From positions 390,001 through 422,000 of the forward strand of contig NC_005072.1 of NCBI RefSeq assembly GCF_000011465.1: a stretch of 32,000 bases of DNA, written 5' to 3'. Positions 10,070-19,269 of this stretch are shown piece by piece; within the stretch, counting starts at the first letter, position 1, and each line of letters opens with the position of its first letter. This DNA is from Prochlorococcus marinus subsp. pastoris str. CCMP1986. Lineage in GTDB: Bacteria > Cyanobacteriota > Cyanobacteriia > PCC-6307 > Cyanobiaceae. Position numbers and translations under genes: made by a program. The notes under the pieces were generated by a model. It made no database searches, was not told the DNA's origin, and saw only the letters and a program-made list of their open reading frames with translations.

Positions 10070-10903
10070 GTGAATTCAAACTCATCAAATCAAGTTGGTA
10101 AAAATATTAGAAGGACTGGATTTTTAATTGTACTTTCATATCTATTAATAGTATTAATTATGAAAGTATTAGAGGCTAATAACTTTTTTGGTTATTCTTT
10201 ATCATCATTTAGTAATGATATTTTTGCACCACCTTCCTTAAAACATTTATGTGGTACAGATAGATTAGGAAGGGATGTTTGTTTAAGAACTTTACAAGGG
10301 TCATCTATAGCTATTGAAGTTGTATTCCTTGCAATTTTCTTTGCTTTAATTTTAGGCCTTCCTTTAGGGTTATTGAGTGGATATTTTGGAGGGATCCTTG
10401 ATAAATGCTTATCACTTGTAATGGATACTATTTTTTCAATTCCTGTTATTTTGCTCGCAGTAGTAGTAGCTTTTGTACTTGGTAAAGGGATTATTAATGC
10501 CTCTATAGCCTTATGTATAGTTTATTCTCCTCAATATTTTAGATTAATCAGAAATCAAACAATGTTAATAAAATCAGAGACATATGTTGAAGCTGCAAGA
10601 GTTTCGGGGGCTGATGTTAAAACTATAATTTTTAAATATATACTTCCAAATGTAATAACCCCTTTACCTATTCTCCTTACTTTAAATGCTGCTGATGCTG
10701 TTTTGGTATTAGGAAGTTTGGGCTTTTTAGGGTTAGGAGTTCCTGCAAATGTTCCAGAATGGGGAAGTGATCTTAATCTTGCGCTTGCTGCTATACCAAC
10801 TGGGATTTGGTGGACTGCATTATTCCCTGGATTAGCAATGTTTTTTTTAGTCTTAGGTCTTTCTTTTATAGGAGAAGAACTAGAAAATATTTTTGAGAAT
10901 TGA
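10070..10903 (+). CDS. ABC transporter permease, DppC/OppC family
   Basis: FAPPSLKHLCGTDRLGRDVCLRTLQGSSIA, ETYVEAARVSGADVKTIIFKYILPNVITPL, LGFLGLGVPANVPEWGSDLN. Confidence 0.9.
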   Translation: MNSNSSNQVGKNIRRTGFLIVLSYLLIVLIMKVLEANNFFGYSLSSFSNDIFAPPSLKHLCGTDRLGRDVCLRTLQGSSIAIEVVFLAIFFALILGLPLGLLSGYFGGILDKCLSLVMDTIFSIPVILLAVVVAFVLGKGIINASIALCIVYSPQYFRLIRNQTMLIKSETYVEAARVSGADVKTIIFKYILPNVITPLPILLTLNAADAVLVLGSLGFLGLGVPANVPEWGSDLNLALAAIPTGIWWTALFPGLAMFFLVLGLSFIGEELENIFEN

Positions 10904-10922
10904 AAGTTAATTTTAATATTTT

Positions 10923-11594
10923 TTAGTTATTAACAACTTCATTAATTTCTCCATACTGATTCATCTTTGGATATTTATTTCCAGACTTTCTGTATATAGA
11001 AGCTAAGTCAGGATAACTCCATTCAAATAATGTTTTTTCGTATTCCTCTGCACTTAAACCTTCTCCTTTAAGAGGAAGTAAACTCTTACTTTTTCTTTGT
11101 CGAATAGCTTCAAAAAGTAAAATAGAAGTTGCTACTGAAACATTCAAAGATTGAACCATTCCTGACATTGGAATGAAGATTGATTCATCAACTTTTGAAA
11201 TTAGTTGATCACTTAAACCCCACTTTTCTGCTCCTAAAACAAAACAAGTATTTTCTGAATAGTCAAAATTCCTGTAATCAGTTGATCTCTCATTTAGTGT
11301 TGTTCCATATAATTTAAAACCTTTCTTTTTTAGTTCAGATACTGCAGAAATTGTTGTCTCATGATTATTTAATTTGACCCATTTTTGACTGCCTTGAGCT
11401 GTACTGTTAAAAGTTTTAACTTTATCTTTTTCACTAATAAAATTTGCTTCAAAAACTCCCGCCGCATCACATGTTCTTAATATCGCAGATAAATTGTGTG
11501 GCTTATTTACTGCCTCTACCAGAACCGTTAAGTTTCTCATTCTGCAATTTAAAACATTTTTTATTCGCTCAAATCTTCTTGGCAAAATTGACAT
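10923..11594 (-). CDS. trmH: tRNA (guanosine-2'-O-)-methyltransferase, SpoU/TrmH family
   Basis: LTVLVEAVNKPHNLSAILRTCDAAGV, FVLGAEKWGLSDQLI, IPMSGMVQSLNVSVATSILLFEA, and TrmH-like C-terminus EYEKTLFEWSYPDLASIYRKSGNKYP. Confidence 0.9.
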   Translation of the reverse strand: MSILPRRFERIKNVLNCRMRNLTVLVEAVNKPHNLSAILRTCDAAGVFEANFISEKDKVKTFNSTAQGSQKWVKLNNHETTISAVSELKKKGFKLYGTTLNERSTDYRNFDYSENTCFVLGAEKWGLSDQLISKVDESIFIPMSGMVQSLNVSVATSILLFEAIRQRKSKSLLPLKGEGLSAEEYEKTLFEWSYPDLASIYRKSGNKYPKMNQYGEINEVVNN

Positions 11595-11764
11595 CTTAAA
11601 AATGTTTAAAGTTAATTAAATTATATTCGTTCAAAAAAATATAATTTAAAATATAAATTTTTTAAAGTTTTAAATGATTAATTTTATATTACTTCAAATT
11701 CAATCTATAGATTAATTAATCGGTTATTTGGTTTATAATATTTTAGTAATTTAGACGAGATTAA

Positions 11765-11968
11765 ATGGCTTACATTGAATGGGATTACACGGTTATAACG
11801 AGTATGGTGGAAGCCCAAGGCTGGACGTTACCAGAGAATGAATCAAAAGAATGGAAACAATTCAACGATGAGCTTGGAGAGAAGATGAGAGGAGTTGGAA
11901 TTGTGTTCGAAAAATATTGTAAATTTGCTCCAGATATTGGAGAAGGAGTTCATCTTTTAGACGATTAA
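11765..11968 (+). CDS. Hypothetical small acidic protein, unknown function
   Basis: 67 aa ORF with ordinary protein-like composition (MAYIEWDYTVITSMVEAQGWTLPENESKEWKQFNDELGEKMRGVG...), ATG start in otherwise empty intergenic space. Confidence 0.6.
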   Translation: MAYIEWDYTVITSMVEAQGWTLPENESKEWKQFNDELGEKMRGVGIVFEKYCKFAPDIGEGVHLLDD

Positions 11969-12170
11969 AAATTTAAACCATTGATGTATCCCTTAATCAA
12001 TGGTTATTAATTTATACATTAGGAAAATTTTGATTGAATTAGAGAAAGAAATTATTAAGGATTTATAAAGCTTCTTTTGAAAATCTATCAGTAACGTTCG
12101 TAAAAATTTTTTAATTTTTAATTGTCCACAAAAAAGTTATTTAAATTTTATATTTAAATAAAAAGGTAAG

Positions 12171-12563
12171 ATGCAAAATAAATTAATCTTTCTATTCGAT
12201 GGTGGTTGTCCATTATGTCTTAGAGAAACTAATTTCTTAAAAAGCAAAGACGAGTTAAATAAAATTGACTTTGTTGATATCAACAATATTAATTATAATC
12301 CTAGTCTTTTTAAGGACATCTCATATGCAGAAGCAATGTCAAATCTTCATGGGATTTTAGAAAATGGAAATATTATCAAAGGGTTAGACGTATTAGCATA
12401 TTCATATGAATTAATAGGGTTAGGGTGGGTTTACTACCCTTTAAAAATTGAATTCTTTGCTCCGGTTTTGAGGTTATTTTACAAATATTGGGCAAAATAC
12501 AGACTTAAAATTACTGGCAGATCAAATATTGAAAAACTCTGTACTTCTGAATGTAAGCAATAA
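12171..12563 (+). CDS. DCC/DUF393-family thiol-disulfide oxidoreductase-like protein
   Basis: LIFLFDGGCPLCLRETNFLKSKD (DGxCxxC motif), GVYPL-like C-terminal region. Confidence 0.85.
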   Translation: MQNKLIFLFDGGCPLCLRETNFLKSKDELNKIDFVDINNINYNPSLFKDISYAEAMSNLHGILENGNIIKGLDVLAYSYELIGLGWVYYPLKIEFFAPVLRLFYKYWAKYRLKITGRSNIEKLCTSECKQ

Positions 12564-12565
12564 AA

Positions 12566-12802
12566 ATGGAAATTATTGACATAGATAGATTAATCGAGAT
12601 GTGTTGGGAAGATAGAACTCCTTTTGAAGCGATAGAGTATCAATTTGGTTTAAAAGAAGAAGATGCTATTAAAATAATGAGAAACAATCTTAAGCCAAAA
12701 TCATTTAAAGTTTGGAGAAAAAGAGTTTCTGGAAGAAAAACAAAACATATGGAACTTAAAGATTCAACTAGATTTAAATCTACTCATAAAAGAAAATTTT
12801 AA
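12566..12802 (+). CDS. TIGR03643/DUF2805-like small protein
   Basis: RLIEMCWEDRTPFEAIEYQFGLKEEDAIKIMRNNLKPKSFKVWRKRVSGRKTKH; starts 3 bp after upstream stop. Confidence 0.8.
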   Translation: MEIIDIDRLIEMCWEDRTPFEAIEYQFGLKEEDAIKIMRNNLKPKSFKVWRKRVSGRKTKHMELKDSTRFKSTHKRKF

Positions 12803-12805
12803 ATT

Positions 12806-12937
12806 TTGAAAATCCTACCAAGCAAAATATGCCCCGTTTGCAACAGGCCATTTAATTGGCGCAAAAAATGGAAAGATTGTTGGAAGGAAGTTAAATACTG
12901 TTCTAATAGATGTAGAAATAGGAAGTCATTAGTATGA
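12806..12937 (+). CDS. DUF2256-like zinc-binding small protein (missed by ORF track)
   Basis: TTG start at 12806; [42 protein letters not shown]; 43 aa, stop TGA 12935-12937 overlaps the ATG of the photolyase gene at 12934. Confidence 0.85.
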   Translation: MKILPSKICPVCNRPFNWRKKWKDCWKEVKYCSNRCRNRKSLV

Positions 12938-14424
12938 ATCAGATATCGATCATATTTCCAAATCAACTTTTTAGAGAAAGCTCACTCTTGAAGTTAAGTT
13001 GTGAAATTTTGATTATTGAAGATTCATTATTTTTTGGTAATGATAAATTTCAAAAGTCAATTAACCACAAAAATAAATTAATTTTCCATAAAGCTTCAAT
13101 GCTTGCATATAAAAAATATCTGCAAAATTCAGGATTTAAAGTTATTTATATTGAGAATAAAAATAATCTTTCCACCGTAGAGTATTTATCAAAATATTTG
13201 CAAGGAAAATATCAAAAGGTAAATATTATAAATCCTCATGATTTTTTAATTATGAAGAGGATAAATAGATTTGTTGAAGCCAACAATCTTAAATTACAAG
13301 TTTTCCAATCCCCAATGTTTGTAACTAATGAAGACTTACGAAAGTCTTTTAAATCTAATTCCAAAAAACCCTTAATGGGTAGATTCTATGAGAATCAAAG
13401 AAGAAGTCAAAATATATTATTGAATCCTGATGGCTCACCTCAAGGAGGTAAATGGAGTTTTGATGAATTAAATAGAAAAAAATTACCCAAGAATATAAAC
13501 ATTCCTGAAATCCCAAAATTTCAAAAAAATCAGTTTGTAATTCATGCTGAAAAGATAATTTCTAATTTACAGATTGAGTTTATAGGTGAAAGTAATTATT
13601 TTATATATCCAACTACTTTCGAAGAAGCTGATAGTTGGCTTCATGATTTTTTCGAAGATAGATTTTCTTTATTTGGCGATTATGAAGATGCAATTAGTAA
13701 GGAAAAAGTCTTTTTATGGCATAGTTTACTTTCTCCTCTTTTAAATAGCGGTTTATTGACTGCAAAAGAAGTTATAGATAAGGCATTAACTTATGGTGAA
13801 AAAAATAAAGTTCCTATTAACTCTCTAGAAGGTTTTATTCGTCAAATAGTTGGATGGAGAGAATTTATTTGCTTAGTTTATGAAAAATATGGTACCCAAA
13901 TGCGTACTACTAATTTTTGGAATTTTGATAATAAGCCTATGCCTGAGTGTTTCTATAAGGGAAGCACAGGAATCGATCCAGTCGATATCGTCATAAATAA
14001 TATTATTAAATACGGTTATTGCCATCATATTGAGAGGCTTATGATAATAGGTAACTTTATGCTTTTATGTCGTATACATCCTGATCATGTTTATAAATGG
14101 TTTATGGAAATGTTTATAGATTCTTATGATTGGGTAATGGTCCCTAATGTTTATGGAATGAGTCAGTTTAGCGATGGAGGGATCTTTTCAACAAAACCTT
14201 ATATTTCTAGCTCAAATTATGTGAAAAAAATGTCTGATTATAAAAGTGGTCCTTGGTGTTCAATCTGGGATGGTTTGTTTTGGAAATTTATAAAAGATAA
14301 TGAAACTTATTTTAGAAAACAATATAGGCTTGCTATGTTAACGAGAAATTTAGATAAAATGAGTGACGAAAAGCTAAATGGTCATTTAAGAATAGCTGAG
14401 GAATTTATAAGTAATCTTTATTAA
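12934..14424 (+). CDS. Cryptochrome/photolyase family protein (bacterial (6-4)/FeS-BCP-like clade)
   Basis: IFPNQLF N-terminus, [72 protein letters not shown]. Confidence 0.88.
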   Translation: MNQISIIFPNQLFRESSLLKLSCEILIIEDSLFFGNDKFQKSINHKNKLIFHKASMLAYKKYLQNSGFKVIYIENKNNLSTVEYLSKYLQGKYQKVNIINPHDFLIMKRINRFVEANNLKLQVFQSPMFVTNEDLRKSFKSNSKKPLMGRFYENQRRSQNILLNPDGSPQGGKWSFDELNRKKLPKNINIPEIPKFQKNQFVIHAEKIISNLQIEFIGESNYFIYPTTFEEADSWLHDFFEDRFSLFGDYEDAISKEKVFLWHSLLSPLLNSGLLTAKEVIDKALTYGEKNKVPINSLEGFIRQIVGWREFICLVYEKYGTQMRTTNFWNFDNKPMPECFYKGSTGIDPVDIVINNIIKYGYCHHIERLMIIGNFMLLCRIHPDHVYKWFMEMFIDSYDWVMVPNVYGMSQFSDGGIFSTKPYISSSNYVKKMSDYKSGPWCSIWDGLFWKFIKDNETYFRKQYRLAMLTRNLDKMSDEKLNGHLRIAEEFISNLY

Positions 14425-14727
14425 ATTAAACACTAAATTTATAGTCAATTTTAAAACTTAAGAGAATCTAATGATATTAATAAATATTAAAAACACGTGT
14501 TAGATTAATAGTAATATAGATCTTATATTAATCTAATATAAATTTAACTTGGTGCAAATTTTACTCTTTTGTTTACTTTTTTGAAATTTAGATTGGATAA
14601 CTAATTTGTATTTTAAATTAAGTGATCTAAAAAAATTAATTCCTTTCGCAGCCAGAGAGGTTATTGATTTAGAAAAAATTAATGGGGACTCACTTTTAAC
14701 CTCTTTAACTTTTTGTTCTAATAACAA

Positions 14728-14865
14728 ATGAAAAAAAATAAAAAAAATAAATTTTTTTCAAGAGAAAAAGTCCATTCTCTTAACATCTATATATTTTTGG
14801 GATTCAATTTAACCTTAGTTAGTGTTCTTGGTTTTATTTGGTTTAATACTTCAATTAATAGCTAA
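14728..14865 (+). CDS. Putative 45-aa single-pass membrane protein
   Basis: ATG ORF MKKNKKNKFFSREKVHSLNIYIFLGFNLTLVSVLGFIWFNTSINS: basic N-terminus, one hydrophobic helix; below the ORF-track length cut-off. Confidence 0.45.
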   Translation: MKKNKKNKFFSREKVHSLNIYIFLGFNLTLVSVLGFIWFNTSINS

Positions 14866-14924
14866 GAACAATATTCATAATTAATAGTATATTTAGCATA
14901 TATTACTAAACAAGATTTTATACA

Positions 14925-16238
14925 TTGATTAAAGGGTACCTTCAAAGAAAAGCATCTTGGGAAATTCTATTAAAAGTAAGTTCAGGAATTTATTCAGATC
15001 ATGCTCTAGAAAAGGTATTAAAAAATTATGAGTTCAATTCATTAGATATAGCATTCATAACGGAATTATCTTTTGGATGTATTAGGTATAGAAAATTCCT
15101 TGATCTTTGGATAGACCATACATCAAAACTTTCTCATACTAAGCAACCACCAAAACTAAGATGGCTTTTACATATAGGTTTATATCAATTATTAAAAATG
15201 GATAAAATTCCATTTTCTGCAGCTATTTCTTCAACTGTAGAAGTTGCAAAGAAAACTGATTTAAAAGGTTTGGCTGGAACTGTAAACGCAATATTACGAA
15301 ATACCGTTAGACATATAGAAAAAGAACATGTCCCAAAAATATCCTCAGATGAAATAGAGAGATTGTCTTCTCTTGAGTCATTACCAATATGGCTTGTAAA
15401 AGAAATTGTTAATTGGGTAGGAATAAAAGAAGCTAAAAATATCGCCAAGGCATTTAATAAAAAACCTTCAATTGATTTGCGAATTAATTCTCTTAAAACT
15501 GATTTAAATAAATTTTTGAATGAACTTGCTGAATGTAATATTAATGCTACCGCAATTAGTCAATTAAAAAATGGGATCGCCTTAAATTCTAATCCAAGGT
15601 CTATTAAAAAACTCCCTGGCTACAGCGATGGGCTGTGGGTAGTCCAAGATAGATCTTCTCAATGGGTCGCTCCTCTTTTAAATCCAATGAAAGGGGAAAA
15701 GATTCTTGATGCCTGCTCTGCCCCAGGAAGTAAAACAACTCATTTAGCTCAGTTAGCTAATGACGATGCTGAAATCTTAGCTGTTGATAGATCAGAAAAA
15801 AGATTGAAAATACTTCAATCAAATTTGGAAAGATTAAATATAAAAAGTGTTAAAACTTTGAAAGCTGATGCTACTAATTTAGTTGATATTCAACCAAATC
15901 TTATCTCTTATTTTGATAAAATCTTAATTGATGCTCCATGTTCAGGGATTGGAACCTTAGCAAGAAATCCTGATTCAAGATGGTCTTTAAGTAAGGATAA
16001 AATAAATCAATTAATTCTTTTACAGGAAAGATTATTAGAAAGCGTTTTACCTCTTTTAAAAAGAAATGGAACTTTAGTTTATTCAACTTGTACAATATGT
16101 CCTGAAGAAAATAATTTTCTAATTAAAAGATTTTTGACAAAAAATAAGGAAATTAAATTAGATAGTGAAAAACAAATCTTACCGAAATTTGATGAACCAG
16201 GAGATGGATTTTATGCAGCAAAAATTTCTTATAAATAA
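14925..16238 (+). CDS. rsmB: 16S rRNA (cytosine(967)-C(5))-methyltransferase (RsmB/Sun)
   Basis: NusB-like N-terminus; VQDRSSQWVAPLLNPMKGEKILDACSAPGSKTTHLAQL; DAPCSGIGTLARNPDSRW; YSTCTICPEENN. Confidence 0.92.
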   Translation: MIKGYLQRKASWEILLKVSSGIYSDHALEKVLKNYEFNSLDIAFITELSFGCIRYRKFLDLWIDHTSKLSHTKQPPKLRWLLHIGLYQLLKMDKIPFSAAISSTVEVAKKTDLKGLAGTVNAILRNTVRHIEKEHVPKISSDEIERLSSLESLPIWLVKEIVNWVGIKEAKNIAKAFNKKPSIDLRINSLKTDLNKFLNELAECNINATAISQLKNGIALNSNPRSIKKLPGYSDGLWVVQDRSSQWVAPLLNPMKGEKILDACSAPGSKTTHLAQLANDDAEILAVDRSEKRLKILQSNLERLNIKSVKTLKADATNLVDIQPNLISYFDKILIDAPCSGIGTLARNPDSRWSLSKDKINQLILLQERLLESVLPLLKRNGTLVYSTCTICPEENNFLIKRFLTKNKEIKLDSEKQILPKFDEPGDGFYAAKISYK

Positions 16239-16257
16239 AAAATTAAGTATTTTATTA

Positions 16258-18021
16258 TTAAATCTCTAAATCATATATTTTACTTATGAACTTTTTCCAA
16301 AAATAAGCTGCATTACCGCTAGATAACTTAGTTTCTTTGTTTTCATCAAAACCTATCCAAACTCCGGTAGTAAGATTATTAATTGAACCAATAAACCAAA
16401 GATCCCTGTTCCCGTCTGAAGTTCCTGTCTTGCCATATACTCTTTCTCCTTTAATTGAGGCTGCTATCGAAGTACCTTCCGAAACTGATTTTTCAAGTAG
16501 ATTATTTAGGCTTTTGTTTACTTCGGAATCTAATATCTTCTCATGAATAAATTTATTTTCCCAAATTAATTCATTATTATTTGATTCTATTTTTTCAAGA
16601 ATGCTTGTCTTATATAGATTCCCATTGCTATTCAGAGTTGCATAGGCATTTGTAATATTTAGGAGGCTATCTCCATAAGATCCGATAGCTAATGGTAGAA
16701 ATTCTTCAAGCGGTTGTTCATACCCTAGGCCAAATAAATTAGCTTGGTTTATAATTTTTTTAAGACCTATATTACTAGAAATTTTTAGAGGAACTATATT
16801 TGAAGAGGTTTTAAAAGAATCTATTAAAGATATCTTACCTCGATAAATTTCAGAAAAATTTTTGGGACAATAGTCTTCCCAGCACTTAGGTAAATCTTCG
16901 AATTTATCTCTTAATTTTATACCTTCTTTTAATGCTGCAGTATATGGAATAATTTTAAAAGTTGAACCTAAAGGCCTTATGGCTGAGGTAACTCTATTAA
17001 ATTCGTTTATTGTTGGATTCTTACTAGTTATCATTGTTCGAATTAAACCGCTATTGGATTCTATTGATAACAATGCTGTTTCAATATTATTAGACCCTAT
17101 AGACCTAGAAATTTTTTGTCCTATTTCCTGCCAATCTTTATTGATGCTCGATTTTATCCGTAAAAATTTGTACTTTTTATGATTTTTGATTTTGTTATTT
17201 GTTTCCTTGAGTATGAAATTTACTAATAAATTATCTTTAGAATCTTTATTATTTATTGAATAATTTAAATTAACTTTTTCCTTTAAGGCTTCATTTCTCT
17301 CGTCCAAAGATATGTAGCCATCAATATACATATCTTTTAAAATTTTATTTCTTTTTTTAATAGCTAAATCGATATTTTCATAAGGCGAATAAATCGAGGG
17401 AGCAGGTGCTAATCCAGCTACTAAGGCAACCTCAGATAATGATAATTCAGTTATAAGTTTTCCAAAATAAACTTGGGAGGCTTCATTAATACCATAAGCT
17501 CCTGATCCTAAGTAAATATTATTTAAATATAATTTTAAAATTTGATTTTTACTGAATTTCAAGTCTAAAACTAAGGAAATTATTATTTCTTTAATTTTTC
17601 TTTGAAAACTTAAATCATTATTTAAGAAAATTAATCTTGCTACTTGCTGAGTAATAGTGCTTCCACCCTCTTTAAAGTATCCGCTCTGAATATTACTAAT
17701 AAACGCTCTTGATAAACCTATTAAGTCAATTCCATTATGGTTAAAAAATCTTTTATCCTCACCCGAGATAAAAGAATACTTTAGAAAAAATGGTATCGAA
17801 TTTGCATTATCAAGAACATCGAATTTTCGACTTAATTTTCTTAATGTTTTATTATCAGAAGAGAATATTTCATAAGAATAGGGTATTGATTTTGAAGTAT
17901 TGATTTTAAGTGGGTCAAAATTTAAAGTAATCCTAATTAAATTAAATATGGGGAAAAATATGACAAAGAAAATAAATATCGATGAGCTAAAAATAAAATA
18001 TTTATATTTTATTTCATTCAC
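16258..18021 (-). CDS. Class A penicillin-binding protein (PBP1A-type transglycosylase/transpeptidase)
   Basis: SGEDKRFFNHNGID and EGGSTITQQVARLIF (GT51), RPLGSTFKIIPY (SxxK), YGKTGTSDGNRDLWFIG (KTG). Confidence 0.92.
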   Translation of the reverse strand: MNEIKYKYFIFSSSIFIFFVIFFPIFNLIRITLNFDPLKINTSKSIPYSYEIFSSDNKTLRKLSRKFDVLDNANSIPFFLKYSFISGEDKRFFNHNGIDLIGLSRAFISNIQSGYFKEGGSTITQQVARLIFLNNDLSFQRKIKEIIISLVLDLKFSKNQILKLYLNNIYLGSGAYGINEASQVYFGKLITELSLSEVALVAGLAPAPSIYSPYENIDLAIKKRNKILKDMYIDGYISLDERNEALKEKVNLNYSINNKDSKDNLLVNFILKETNNKIKNHKKYKFLRIKSSINKDWQEIGQKISRSIGSNNIETALLSIESNSGLIRTMITSKNPTINEFNRVTSAIRPLGSTFKIIPYTAALKEGIKLRDKFEDLPKCWEDYCPKNFSEIYRGKISLIDSFKTSSNIVPLKISSNIGLKKIINQANLFGLGYEQPLEEFLPLAIGSYGDSLLNITNAYATLNSNGNLYKTSILEKIESNNNELIWENKFIHEKILDSEVNKSLNNLLEKSVSEGTSIAASIKGERVYGKTGTSDGNRDLWFIGSINNLTTGVWIGFDENKETKLSSGNAAYFWKKFISKIYDLEI

Positions 18022-18022
18022 T

Positions 18023-18970
18023 TTAAGCTACTAAAAAACTATGTCCTATGGCTAAAGCGGTTACTAACATTCCAGTTATAAGAAATGGCTGAGCACTTGC
18101 CTGGTATTTGACATCAAATTTTAACGGGTCCCTTAGTAACCACATATCTTGAAATGTAATTTGAGGAATTACTAGTAAAACTAAAATTACTGATGCTAAA
18201 TGTTGTCCAATAACAATTAATACGATAACCATTGCTAATTGAAAAATATCAATGAGACCAGCACTTATTCTACTAGCATTTTTAATTCCAAATATTACAG
18301 GTAACGAATTTAATCCTAGTTTTGAATCCCCTTCAACACTTTTGAAATCATTTATAACTGCTATTCCTAGTCCAGAAAGACTATAAGCAAGAGTTAGTAA
18401 TGCTGTAACAATAGTTAATTTCCCAAATAAGGCTTGTCCCGCCCACCATGGGAGAGCTATATATGAAGCTCCTAAAGCATAATTTCCTAGCCATCCATTT
18501 TGCTTCAATTTTAAAGGAGGAGCAGAATAGATATAACTTACTAAAGACCCACCTAAAGCCAGAAGAAAGACAGAGGGGAAACTATGTTTTGCATATAAAT
18601 CTAATAAAAAAGAGACTACTAAACCAGCAATAAGTAATACCCAAATTTGTATTTTTACTTCCTTAATCGAAATCTTTCCAGAAGGTATTGGTCTATTAGG
18701 TTCATTAATAGCGTCAATTTCTCTATCAAAAAAATCATTAATAGTTTGGGTATAACCTGCTAAAAGTGGTCCGCTCATGAGCATGCATGCTAGTGAGGCT
18801 AAAACATTACTTATTGTCCACTGAAAATTCCCGCTTGCTGCAGCTCCACAGATTACCCCCCATATCAAGGGGATCCATGTGATTGGCTTCATTAATTGTA
18901 TACGTAGTTTCCAAATACTCGAAGTCTCTGAAGCCCCTTTAATTCCTAATAATTGTTTTGGATCATTCAC
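18023..18970 (-). CDS. chlG: Chlorophyll synthase ChlG
   Basis: LRIQLMKPITWIPLIWGVICGAAASG, INDFFDREIDAINEPNRPIPSG, YSAPPLKLKQNGWLGNYALGASYIALPWWAGQALFG, NDFKSVEGD. Confidence 0.95.
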   Translation of the reverse strand: MNDPKQLLGIKGASETSSIWKLRIQLMKPITWIPLIWGVICGAAASGNFQWTISNVLASLACMLMSGPLLAGYTQTINDFFDREIDAINEPNRPIPSGKISIKEVKIQIWVLLIAGLVVSFLLDLYAKHSFPSVFLLALGGSLVSYIYSAPPLKLKQNGWLGNYALGASYIALPWWAGQALFGKLTIVTALLTLAYSLSGLGIAVINDFKSVEGDSKLGLNSLPVIFGIKNASRISAGLIDIFQLAMVIVLIVIGQHLASVILVLLVIPQITFQDMWLLRDPLKFDVKYQASAQPFLITGMLVTALAIGHSFLVA

Positions 18971-18979
18971 TTTTAATAT

Positions 18980-19210
18980 TTAACCTTTCTCAATTTCTTC
19001 AGGGAAAAACCAATTTTCCTCTCCATTTTGTAATTTAACAGTAATACCAATACTTCTACCATCGGTCATTTTATATCCAGTTGTTACAACTCTTGGGTTT
19101 GATGATATTTGATCAATTAGCTTTGCAGGTAATCTATCTTTAACTTTGTTAATGTTAATGTTAATTTTAACTTTACTACCAATTTTGGGTAATAATTTTG
19201 TTTCAGCCAT
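18980..19210 (-). CDS. Small DUF2862-like protein (possibly related to PetP)
   Basis: MAETKLLPKIGSKVKININI...LPAKLIDQISSNPRVVTTGYKMTDGRSIGITVKLQNGEENWFFPEEI; family recalled from memory. Confidence 0.6.
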   Translation of the reverse strand: MAETKLLPKIGSKVKINININKVKDRLPAKLIDQISSNPRVVTTGYKMTDGRSIGITVKLQNGEENWFFPEEIEKG

Positions 19211-19269
19211 AAAAGGTAAAATGGAAGCTATTATTCAAGATTAACAGCCTTTGGACAATTTTTATTAAA

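Noticed and set aside
12137-12161. 10-bp perfect inverted repeat TTATTTAAAT-TTTAT-ATTTAAATAA just upstream of the DCC gene
   Set aside because: Pure A/T sequence in a very AT-rich background; such repeats are expected by chance in a window this size.
14533-14727. 64-aa minus-strand ORF
   Set aside because: No recognisable motif; the opposite strand has equally plausible reading frames, so I do not call it.
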